Assembly (NCBI GenBank): GCA_051294375.1
Contig: CM119267.1
Span: 25,245,783-25,309,782, forward strand
Origin: Paraspadella gotoi
Lineage: Eukaryota > Animalia > Chaetognatha
Direction: 5' to 3'
DNA: 64,000 bases
Under the pieces are notes generated by a model. The model was given only the letters and a program-made list of their open reading frames with translations. It was not told the origin of the DNA and did no database searches. Positions 12,406 through 22,823 of the stretch are shown here, piece by piece (within the stretch, counting starts at the first letter, position 1; every line of letters starts with the position of its first letter). The position numbers and the translations under genes were made by a program.

Positions 12406-13074
12406 ATGCGACGGGATTCCGTGGTCTTCTTTTTTTGCCTCGTCGCCTCCGCGCTAGCGAAATGCAAACATTACGAGACGCTCGGCGTCGACCCCGACGC
12501 CACCGATCGCGATGTTAAAAAAGCCTTTAGAAAGTTGGCCGTCAAGTATCATCCGGATAAAAACAAGGATTCTGGGGCCGCGGAAAAGTTTCAACAGATC
12601 GCCGTCGCGTACGAAATTCTCTCCGACAAAGAGAAGCGTCGCCAGTGCGACCGATTCGGCGACGCCTCCTTTCAAGACGGCGGATTCGACGGCCATCGAT
12701 TTTCCTTCAACTTTGAGGACTTGTTCAAAGATTTCGACTTTGACGATGTCCCCTTCGAGGATCTTCATCATCACAGTCATTTCGAGACTGAGGATTTCCC
12801 GCATCGAGGATCTCGATTCGGCGCAGGTGATTCTTTCTTCTCCAACTTCTTCGGTCACCAACACGACGAAGACGACGACTACGGCGGAGGCTTCCCGTCC
12901 GTCTACGAACGCGATGACGACGACGACGACGACGACCACCACGGCTTCTTCGGTTTTGACGACGATGACGACGGCTTCAGTCCTTTTACTAGATCTTCCG
13001 GGAATTCTCAGAACTGCAAGACGACGACGAGACGCGTTGGAAATATGGTGACAACGCAAACCATCTGCAATTAA
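12406..13074 (+). CDS. DNAJB9: ER-lumenal DnaJ/Hsp40 (ERdj4-like), intronless
   Basis: Signal peptide, J-domain with HPD, G/F-rich region, C-terminal [19 protein letters not shown] resembling the DNAJB9 tail. Confidence 0.88.
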   Translation: MRRDSVVFFFCLVASALAKCKHYETLGVDPDATDRDVKKAFRKLAVKYHPDKNKDSGAAEKFQQIAVAYEILSDKEKRRQCDRFGDASFQDGGFDGHRFSFNFEDLFKDFDFDDVPFEDLHHHSHFETEDFPHRGSRFGAGDSFFSNFFGHQHDEDDDYGGGFPSVYERDDDDDDDDHHGFFGFDDDDDGFSPFTRSSGNSQNCKTTTRRVGNMVTTQTICN

Positions 13075-13615
13075 TTCGTATTTAGAAAACAATTTAATCC
13101 AGCAACCCTTTAAAACGTAAAAATTGTCGCTTAAATCTTCCAATCAATTCAGTATTTTGTAATTGTAATTTTTTCTTTGTGAGACATTTTTTTAAATTTA
13201 TTTATTTTATTTTTAACATCTGATTTACCATAAAACTTTGTCAACATGCCTCATGGTACAATTGTAAAAAATGAAGTTTTTTATTTTTATTTTTTGTGAC
13301 ATGAAAAATTTCATGTATCTAGTCGTACGGAAAAGATCATTTCGAACACTGTGATAATCAAAAAAACAAAAAATAAAATAATAATCTCAGGATTAATTTC
13401 GTATTTGGGCTTGTGTATTATTTATTGTATTATTATATTGTTTGAACGTTAGCGAGACCAAACGTTATAACTTACATACTCCAATTTTGTACGTTTTTGT
13501 AGTCCTCAAATTTTCTTTTTATTTCAATAAAGGAATAAGGGACTCGGGCATTTGACAATCCCGGCTGTTATTCGAAAAAAAGCGACGTAAAATAGAAAAG
13601 AAGCCAGTTGTAAAG

Positions 13616-14281
13616 ATGCCTCCATATTCTGCGACGCTTTTCGGAAAACCAGAGACTCCGGCTAAAGACTCGATCGACCCGCGCGGACTTCCATCGATCG
13701 CGGCCAAGGCGAGGGAGATCGGGGAGAACGTGGTCTCTTTTTGCGACGAAGCCTCCCTTTTATCTCCCTCCCTCCCGCCGACCATCGATGTGCTCATCCA
13801 CGATGACGTCGACCTCACAGTGAGGAAGATCGTCAAGCAGATCGTCCGCGACAAGCAACCCCTCTTCCGCGGGATGATCGAGAGCGTTCGTCCCTCCGGT
13901 TTTGACGAGTTTCGGACGGTTTTCTCCTCCGTCGTTCGCCACTTGGTCGCCGAGGGAGAGTCCGACGTCAAGAACCTCACTTGGGCCAAGATCGTGACTG
14001 CCTACGCCTTCGGAGGTCTCCTCGCCCACGCCGCCGTCGAATCCGTCGAGGGCGAGTCGTATTCCAAAGATGCGGGGCTGCGGGAATTGGGACGGATCGT
14101 TGGCGACGTGATCTTGGATCACGCCGGTGGGTGGATCCAGGCCCAGGGCGGCTGGGACGCCTTCGTTCAGCGCTTCGAGATCGTCAACGCTGAGGAGACT
14201 ATCACCCGAAAACTCATCTACTTTCTCGGAACGGCCGCCGCTCTCCTCGTCGGCCTCAGTCTCTACAAGTGGAAACGGTGA
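13616..14281 (+). CDS. BCL-2 family protein (MCL1-like, divergent), intronless
   Basis: BH1-like LTWAKIVTAYAFGG, BH2 WIQAQGGWDAFV, C-terminal transmembrane segment plus basic tail; KQPLFRGMI resembles the MCL1 HETAFQGML segment. Confidence 0.85.
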   Translation: MPPYSATLFGKPETPAKDSIDPRGLPSIAAKAREIGENVVSFCDEASLLSPSLPPTIDVLIHDDVDLTVRKIVKQIVRDKQPLFRGMIESVRPSGFDEFRTVFSSVVRHLVAEGESDVKNLTWAKIVTAYAFGGLLAHAAVESVEGESYSKDAGLRELGRIVGDVILDHAGGWIQAQGGWDAFVQRFEIVNAEETITRKLIYFLGTAAALLVGLSLYKWKR

Positions 14282-14907
14282 AGTCTCCGAATCCTCGTCG
14301 TCCCGGGGACAAATTAAAAAAACAGCATTTAATTCAAACCAGGAGGGGGGGGGACGGGATACGATAGATATCGGGGCTCTTTCTTAATATAACATTTACT
14401 AATACTCAGCGAAAAACTATTTGTTCGATTCGAGTAGATCATCTGATTGTATCTATTGAATATCATTGTCGCTGTCGTGATCAGCTCTGTCGGTTCGCTT
14501 CACTCGTTATATTTTTAGCTTCCGATAGCGTAGCAGAACTACCGAGCGAGCCTAATATTTAAGTTTTTGCATGTCACCCCCTAGATAAAAAAATTGAATT
14601 TTATTTGAAATATTGTCTCATTTTTAAACTGCTTCCTTTTTTTGTTGAGCATTCGTTGCTACGTGATTTCCATAGCACGAGCGTCGAATTCTTTCCATGT
14701 TTTTCATCTTGCAAAGTCAAATTTTATTTTTATATCATATTTAAGACATTTTCGTTTTTTTCCCCCGTAAGTTGTTCTCGAGAACCATGACCCTAATGGT
14801 TTTTGTCTCCATCGAATGTAGTTAACACAACTTTTGCTTTGTTGCGCCAAATTCACTCCCATAAATTTTTTCGATCCGCACTTCAGAATTTGGCTCGGCA
14901 CCCGGAG

Positions 14908-15291
14908 ATGCCCGTGCCCGACGAACTCGCCGACGCGCAACCCTCGACGCCCACCTTGAAGGTTCACCGATTCAGCGAGTCTTTCCTCGAGCACCGCGTT
15001 CACTTTCAAGTCGTCGGACTCCGAGGCGGCTTCTTTCTCTGGGTCGGGACGGATCCCTCGCTCGCCAATCTCTCCTGCGCCATCCAGTCGCCCTTCGAAT
15101 CCCGTCCGTCGGCCACCTCACTTTTCGGAGTCAGCGACGAAGGCGAACGATTGGCTCGAAAGTTATCGGCGAGATCGAAGAAGCAAGTCTTCGTCAGCCT
15201 CAACTTGACGAGCGACGAGAGACTTTTGCCGTTGATCGAAAAACGAATCATCGATGAGATGACAAACAACGAACTTTGCTTCGGAGTTTAA
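14908..15291 (+). CDS. PSMG4: Proteasome assembly chaperone 4, intronless
   Basis: VHRFSESFLEHRVHFQVV, FFLWVG, LANLSCAI, ATSLFG, LARKLSARSKKQVFVSLNL, IEKRIIDEM. Start taken at the first in-frame ATG, 14908. Confidence 0.9.
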   Translation: MPVPDELADAQPSTPTLKVHRFSESFLEHRVHFQVVGLRGGFFLWVGTDPSLANLSCAIQSPFESRPSATSLFGVSDEGERLARKLSARSKKQVFVSLNLTSDERLLPLIEKRIIDEMTNNELCFGV

Positions 15292-15343
15292 TTCCCACAG
15301 CCTCGGGTATCCTCTTTCCCTTCGGTTCTTTTTTTTCGACGGG

Positions 15344-16477
15344 ATGAAGTTCGAGGACAAACTGGACGGGTTGGAGGATCAGCCCGTCGCCGGGACTCGT
15401 TTGTCGGAACCGACTCCTCCGTCTCTCTTTTCGTGCAAGTGGGCGTTGGCCTTGGCCCTACCAATTATCTTCTCCATTACCTTCAACACTCCGCTTCAGT
15501 TTTACATCAAGGACTGGGTACCTTGGCTTTGGGACCCTCCTCCTCGGCCTCCTTCGGGAACTGTTTGCATCCGCAACGCTTCGTCAGGCGGCGTTAGTCC
15601 GATCTGCAAGCCACGGTGCGCCAGCGGGGAATTCGCTCTTCCCGGGATGAAGTCGTGCCACCCTTGGCTGACCTGCGAAGATCTTGGGGTGGAACATTTT
15701 GTGAAGGGCATCAAAATCGGAGAAGGCGCCGTTAAAGAGGTTCACTTCTCCCTCTGGAAAGGCTTTCCCGTCGCCGCCTCTTTCCTAAAGACCCCAGAAT
15801 ATCGTGAAGACTTTCTTCACGGGGAGGAGATGCTGCGTCTGCTGCAGCCTTCGCTGCAATTGGTCCAGTTCGTCGGATCCTGCGACGATTTATACCTGAC
15901 CGAATACCACCACCTGGGCGACGGAGCGCGCCTGGAGTCTCTCTTCCTTGACCACGTCGTCGTTGGTCTCTTGGACAATATCTCCACGCGGTTTCGGATG
16001 TGCCTGGACTTCGTGCGAGCCATCTCCTTCCTTCACTCTCACTCCCGCGTGATGTGCGACGCCAACGACGCAGACAAGATGCTCTCCCAATTCCTCATCA
16101 CCGACGATCTCAGACTCGTCCTCAACGACGTCGACGCGCTCCCCCGAGTCGACCGAGAAAAGGAGCAAAAGATTGTCTGCGGCCATCGCCAGCTTGACGG
16201 CGACTACGTGGCCCCTGAACAACTCTGGCCCTTCCAACGTCTCCAATACGACGAGGAGTTGCAGCCGCCCTATGACGAGAAGATCGACATCTGGAAAATC
16301 CCGGAGACCTGCGATCGGCTGATGGGTGACGTGGAGGGCGCCGATCATGCAAGATTTCATCTCTTCGACATCAACAAAGATTGCAAGGGAAGAGAGTCGG
16401 AGTCGAGGCCCTCGGCCGGAGAAGTTCTTTCCGCATACCACGCCGTGTGCGAACATTTAGAAATAGCTTGTTATTAA
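15344..16477 (+). CDS. POMK: Protein O-mannose kinase (SGK196), intronless
   Basis: N-terminal transmembrane segment, CHPWLTCE, IGEGAVKEV, TEYHHLG, RVMCDANDADKMLSQFL, LNDVDALP, VAPEQLWP, YDEKIDIWKIP. Confidence 0.95.
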   Translation: MKFEDKLDGLEDQPVAGTRLSEPTPPSLFSCKWALALALPIIFSITFNTPLQFYIKDWVPWLWDPPPRPPSGTVCIRNASSGGVSPICKPRCASGEFALPGMKSCHPWLTCEDLGVEHFVKGIKIGEGAVKEVHFSLWKGFPVAASFLKTPEYREDFLHGEEMLRLLQPSLQLVQFVGSCDDLYLTEYHHLGDGARLESLFLDHVVVGLLDNISTRFRMCLDFVRAISFLHSHSRVMCDANDADKMLSQFLITDDLRLVLNDVDALPRVDREKEQKIVCGHRQLDGDYVAPEQLWPFQRLQYDEELQPPYDEKIDIWKIPETCDRLMGDVEGADHARFHLFDINKDCKGRESESRPSAGEVLSAYHAVCEHLEIACY

Positions 16478-16500
16478 TATTATTAATAATTCTTAATATT

Positions 16501-17675
16501 TTTTATCGTCGCAATTGCTTTGCGTTCGCGACGATTTTGCTGTAGTTTTGCACATAAGTCGTTGTCGTCGTCGGCGTCGGCGTTCCAAATTATAGATCGA
16601 CTTTTTCATTATTAAATTTGGGTGTATGAAGCTGAAAATTTATATACAGTTTCTCATCATCGATGTCCTTAAAGTTGGGTCAGGACAGTTATTAAATGTT
16701 TTGTTTACGTTTTATCAAAACAAACAAATATCCTCTATTTTATTTTTAGGTCTCCTCTCTCTCTTTTCTCTTTTAATTATATGTAGCTAACTCTCTCTCT
16801 CTTTTCCCCAGTGCTGATTCATCGGAAAATAAACGAGTCTGCAGCTGGCTCTGCAGGGGCTTTTTCTTTTTCTCTCTTTTCTCCTGCTGCTTCTGCTGCT
16901 GCCGCTGCTGATTTGTCCGAAAACGATTTGGCTTCTCTCTCTCTGCGTTTTTATTTAAAAAAAAAAAATTTTTTTTTTGTTTTGTTTTTTTTTCAGAAAC
17001 TGTAACTTTAATTTTCCTCGGTACTTTATTTTTTTTTTAATTGACAAACGCAAAATATAATTTTTCTCTCTGTTTATAAATTAATTTTCTTTTCTCAAAT
17101 TTGATTTTTTTTATTTCTTTCCTTTCTATTCTTTCTTTCCTTTTTATTTTTTCTTTCCTTTCTATTCTATCTTTCCTTTCTATTCTCTTTCCTTTCTATT
17201 CTTTCTTTCCTTTCTATTCTTTCTTTCCTTTCTATTCTTTCTTTCATTTCTATTCTTTCTTTCCTTTCTATTTTTTCTTTTCCTTTCTATTCTTTCTTTC
17301 CTTTCTATTCTTTCTTTCCTTTCTATTCTTTCTTTCTTTTCTATTCTTTCTTTCTTTTCTATTCTTTCTTTCCTTTCTATTCTTTCTTTCCTTTCTATTC
17401 TTTTTTTCCTTTCTATTCTTTTTTTATTTCTATTCTTTTTTTCCTTTCTATTCTTTTTTTCCTTTCTATTCTTTTTTTCCTTTCTATTTTTTCTTTCCTT
17501 TCTATTCTTTTTTTCCTTTCTATTCTTTCTTTATATTTATTCTTTTCTTCTTTTTCTTTCTGTTTATAAATTAATTTTCTTTTCTCAAATTTGATTTTTT
17601 TTAGTATCAAAATTTGTCGTCAATCCAGATTTTTCTTATGCGATTGCGACGATCCTATTGCTTATAGGATTTTTT
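16501..17675 (+). mobile_element. Non-autonomous Helentron-like (HINE/DINE-1-like) element, copy 1
   Basis: Subterminal inverted repeats ATCGTCGCAA(T/C)GC ... GCGATTGCGACGAT, 5' hairpin, (GTC)n microsatellite, 3' stem-loop ATCCTA-TTGCTTA-TAGGAT, T-rich flanks. Shared with 3 other copies in the window. Confidence 0.8.
17110..17560. repeat. ~18-bp pyrimidine minisatellite (TTCCTTTCTATTCTTTCT)n inside element copy 1
   Basis: Tandem units are visible, bracketed by a duplicated ~42-bp block CTGTTTATAAATTAATTTTCTTTTCTCAAATTTGATTTTTTT at ~17070 and ~17560. Confidence 0.95.
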
Positions 17676-18030
17676 TTTAATGCGTTATAAATAGAAATTT
17701 TTTTTATTCGTTGTGTTACTTTTATTAAATGTAATTAACAATAATAGTATTTACCCTTTTGGCCTAATATTATTCATACACCTATAATTTTTATTTTATT
17801 CGTACCACTGAATGTTCTATAAATTCATCCATGTGAAGATGTTTTTGTTCCAGTAACTTACTTAGTAATTCCTAGAACTCAAACTCCAAAGTGATCAAGA
17901 GTAAGCTTAAGTTTCCAGGACATAATGTGACCATCCTACATCATTTTGAACTTAGAATATCTGATCAAGGGCAAAAACTCCAGAACTTTCACTGGATCAG
18001 CTCCTATTAACTCATTAGTAATAAAAAACA

Positions 18031-20677
18031 ATGGAATTACGCGTAGGGAACAAATATCGGCTAGGACGGAAAATTGGAAGTGGCTCTTTTGGGGATATTT
18101 ATCTCGGTACGAACATTTCTAATGGTGAAGAAGTTGCTATCAAACTTGAATGTATAAAAACAAAACATCCTCAATTACACATTGAGAGTAAATTTTACAA
18201 GATGATGCAAGGCGGAGTTGGAATTCCGCAAATCAAATGGTGTGGTGTGGAAGGTGACTATAACGTTATGGTAATGGAGCTTCTGGGTCCCTCTTTGGAG
18301 GATCTCTTCAACTTCTGCTCAAGGAAATTTTCGTTGAAAACTGTGCTGCTGCTCGCTGATCAAATGATCAGCAGAATCGAATATATTCACTCGAAGAACT
18401 TTATCCACCGAGACATAAAGCCTGACAACTTTCTCATGGGCCTTGGCAAAAAAGGGAATTTAGTGTATATAATTGACTTTGGACTAGCAAAGAAATATCG
18501 CGATGCACGGACCCATCAACATATACCTTATCGTGAAAACAAGAACTTGACCGGTGAGCTTCCGTGTAAATTTATTAAATTAAAATTAAAGTCAATGCAG
18601 ATTATCAGAAACTGGATTTTATTAATTTATTTAAATGACTACAAACAGGGACTGCACGTTATGCCAGCATCAACACCCATTTGGGAATCGAGCAATCGCG
18701 GAGGGACGACTTAGAATCACTTGGTTACGTTCTAATGTATTTCAATCGTGGATCACTTCCATGGCAAGGGCTCAAGGCTGCAACCAAGAGGTACCTTGTT
18801 TTATCGTGCAATTGTGAATTTCATTTTTAATTGAAAGCAAATGGGGATGCAATTAATTGGCAACTTTTCAATTTTTTTTTTTAAGACAAAAATACGAACG
18901 TATTTCTGAGAAAAAAATGTCGACGCCTATCGAGGAACTTTGCAGAGGATTTCCTTCTGAATTTGCGACGTATCTAAACTTTTGTCGGTCTCTTAGGTAA
19001 GCATTTGCTTGTACTGATATTGATTAACAGTCTTTAATTTTCAAAAATTAATGGAATTATTTTATACAATATACGGATGATTAATTATTCTGTTCTTTTT
19101 ATCGTCGCAATCGCTTAGCGTTTGCGACGATATTGTAACGCTTTGCGCATAAGTGGCGTCGTCGTCGTCGTTGTTGTCGTCATTGGCGTTCCAAATTATA
19201 GATCCTTTTTTATGATTAAATTCGGGTGTAAGAAGCTGAAAATTTATATACAGCTTCTCATCATCGATGTGCTTAAAATTGAGTCTGGACAGTTATTAAA
19301 TATGTTTTGTTTACGTTTTATCAAAACAAACAAATTTTCTCTTTTATTTTTATATTTTTTTCTCTCTCTCTTTTCTCTTTTAATTACATGTCTCTCTCCC
19401 TCTCTCTTTTCCCTAGTCACTGATTCATAATCATAGGGAAAAAAACGAGTCTTCAGCTGGGTCTGCAGGGGCTTATTCTTTTTCTCTCTTTTCTCCTGTT
19501 GCTTCTGCTGCTGCCTTTTGATTTCTTTTTTTTTCTGGGTGCCTCTGCTGCTGCCGCTGCTGATTCGTCTGAAAACGATTTGGCTTCTTTCTCTCTCTCT
19601 CTCTTTCTGATTAATTTTTTTCCTCTAAAAACTTTTATTATCGCCATTTATTCCCAAATTTACATCCGAGATTTTCGTGGATTTTTTTTCCTAAATATTT
19701 TAAATATCAATCAGAATAATATTTTTTTTATATATATTTAATTCATTATTTTATTTTACTTTACTTCATTTTACTTCACTTTAGTTTTTACTTCACTTCG
19801 TCAGTCTGATTCAAGTTTCACTTTGTCTTGCTGACAGTGTTTAGAGGGTCGTATTCGATCAAACTGCTTGTTTATGCGGGCTAAAAGTAAAACAAAAGTA
19901 CCTTCAATAATGTCTTTCCAGACTTAGCACTTGCTAAAAATTAAACTCGAAAATAAGTTATTTTACAGTTTTATATTTATTATTCTTTAATCTTTATTTT
20001 ATTTTATTTTTTTTTAATTTGATTTTTTTAGTATCAAAATTTGTCGTCAATCCAGATTTTTCTTATGCGATTGCGACAATCCTTATGCTTTTAAGATTTT
20101 TTTTGTCATTTAATTCGCTGTTTGAAAAAACTAAAATTGGGATTTATGAGTATCGTTCCATTATTTCCCCATGACTTTTCATCAATCCTTTTTTTTCTAC
20201 AGATTCGAAGACAAGCCGGACTATTCATATCTCCGTCAGTTATTCCGCAACCTCTTTCATCGCCAAGGCTTTACTTACGACTACGTTTTCGATTGGAACA
20301 TGTTGAAGTTTCGAGGGACGCGTGGGCCGGGAGTGCCGGGCGGCCCTCAGGAAGGCGTCGGCATGGGTGACGAAGCCGGTGGATCTGGAGGCCGCCATCT
20401 CCAGCATTCTTCGACGACACGTGGGGCCCTACCTCCTACGGCCGGGGGTGGGGGACGCCTTCCTCGCGGTCATTCCACCACTCAAGATTCCACGCCGCTC
20501 GCCCATCAAGGCGGATCATCCACGGTTCCGTCGACTCCCGTACCGCAGTACAACGCGCAGGGTGTGATGAGCGGCGGAGGGGCAGTCCGTCGGAGCAGCG
20601 CCACCAAAGACGATCCTCTGGGAAACTCAGGAAGCGGCCTTCCCAGATCATCCGTGCCTCGACATTTGAAAAAATGA
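18031..20677 (+). CDS. CSNK1D: Casein kinase I delta/epsilon, 4 exons: 18031-18553, 18649-18790, 18886-18996, 20203-20677
   Basis: [60 protein letters not shown] plus low-complexity tail. Confidence 0.96.
19096..20104 (+). mobile_element. Helentron-like element, copy 2, in CK1 intron 3
   Basis: Same subTIRs, (GTC)n, core sequence and 3' stem-loop as copy 1. Confidence 0.8.
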
Positions 20678-22823
20678 AACCATTCTCTCGCTTTGAACGT
20701 CCCGCTCCCTTATTCTCCAAGTCGGCTTTTTCGCGACCACTTCCGTTTTCAACACGTCAAATTCCCTCTCCCCCACTCCGCCCCAAACCCCTTATCAATT
20801 TGATCTTCTTGTGAATGGTCTCTAGAAAAATCATGTTTTTGTCATTTTGCTCTCATTACTTGTCTTACTTCACCCTCCTTAGTTGATAAAAACAAAGTGT
20901 AACATTTTTAGTATAATTTGTAGGAATACAAGATATCAGCGTATATGACACAATAAAGCCCGATGAAGTTATCAATAACTCTTTAAAAGAGGCGACTTAA
21001 AAGTGAAAATATATGCTGATTTTCTGGTAAAATGTTTGTTGTAGTCAAAGAGCTCCTTCCATTTGAAGAATCCTTTCGCATCCGTTCTTCATCTAGTTTG
21101 ATCAATCATTCAACTATGAATATCTATATATTGTGTTATATAACTGTTAGTGTTATTAAAGAAAATGATGATTACTTGAGTAGATTTGATTGGTAAAACT
21201 ATTGGAAAAATAAAGAGTTATTCTTCTCGTCTCGACAGGTTCCAAATTTATCTGAGTAACTTGAATAATTTTACAACTAATTTATATTTTTCACAGGGCC
21301 TGACATTTTTTTCAAGAAAATTAAAAATTTTTGTATCATGTCAAATGTTAGGATAAATATTTTAAAGCTCAATGAATGTGGGCTCATAGCTTTTTTTACC
21401 TTTATAGAATTCGAGAGAGTTTATAAAGGAAGCATTATGATTTGCTCTGATGGACTGAAAAACGATGAAGATTTTGGCTGCCGTCTTTGAGGTCGTCGGT
21501 GTGACTCGCTTTTCGTTCGCTTATCTGGTCACGCCATCAAGATAAACGTTTTTTTTTTCTTTTTCTACTGCCCAGATTTTGATACTATGTACTTATGAAT
21601 CGTTAGTAAACGTTGAATAAAAAACAAACTGAAAGCGTGGAGATGGAAGATGGGGCAGCGATCTATGGAACTCTTGATTATTTCAGAGTTGCGTCCATTT
21701 TTTGTGACAAATCTGGATTTTTTAAAAAAATGACGAATTTAATTTTAAATTAAGTAAAGATTTTATCATATGATCTGATTGAATACAGTATGAGAATTTA
21801 AATTTTATAATATTCCAGGATAAAGTATCAGAACAACTGACTCAAAAATTGATGTATAATTTTAGCGCTGTTAATAAACATTTGGAATTTCAAATCGTGT
21901 TTGACTTCGGTTTGAGATTTGATAATTTTTTTGAAATGTGAACGTAAAAAAGAGATGTGATTAGAGACGAAGGTGATAATAATCTAGTGAAATCGTGGAA
22001 CTTAAGGATAAGTGATGAAGATTAATCGGATGAGGTTAAAAAATGCGAAGAATAAGATGGAGGTTCCTGTTCATCAAAGGTTCGCGCTTAATTCACTTTT
22101 CTTATTGTCGCTCATCGACTTTCAATTCCTTCATTATTTTCGCTTTACTCTGTATTTAACTCGAGAATGATTGATGCAGCAATAGGCGAGAAAATTGTTT
22201 TACAACTTCATATTTAATGAATTAATTTTTTGGGGGTTCCTGAGTGAAAATTATTAGGTTAGGCAAATGATTAAAATCTAAGTAAACGCAAAAACGACTG
22301 CATTCATGTCATTTGCCTTTTTATTCCCGTTTTTCGCAAAGATTCGCCGCTTCTTCGTATCTTGAGACGTTCCAGATTTTTTAAAAGATCGACAATTCCG
22401 CCGGTTTCAATGAATTTTGTAATCGAAGCCAGAAAATCATTGGGACATGAATGTGCGTCGACCCTTCGGGGAAATTGAAGCCAACCCTTTTTTTTCACTT
22501 AATCGTCTTCAATAAAATTTTCTCGACGTTTTGATAATAGTCTTCTGAACAATTTTATTGACTAAGTTTTATATTTGGCAAACTTTTTTTTGTTGTTTTT
22601 TTTTTTAGTTAGCTTTCGTTAATTTTGAATTCTTCGATTTATTTTTCGCATTTATTGCCCATAGTTATAAATTTTATACTTATCCCCCCCCATCCCTTCC
22701 TCCGAAAATTCCGGACGCGGTCTCATTGTCTTAATTTCTCTCCGTCAGGAAAATCGTTCCCATTCCGGAATCATGAGAAACTAAAAACTGTGATCAGCTT
22801 CGGTCGCTCGATTTTCGCGAGCC

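Noticed and set aside
17101-17610. Phe-rich and Lys/Glu-rich ORFs
   Set aside because: Translations of the 18-bp minisatellite.
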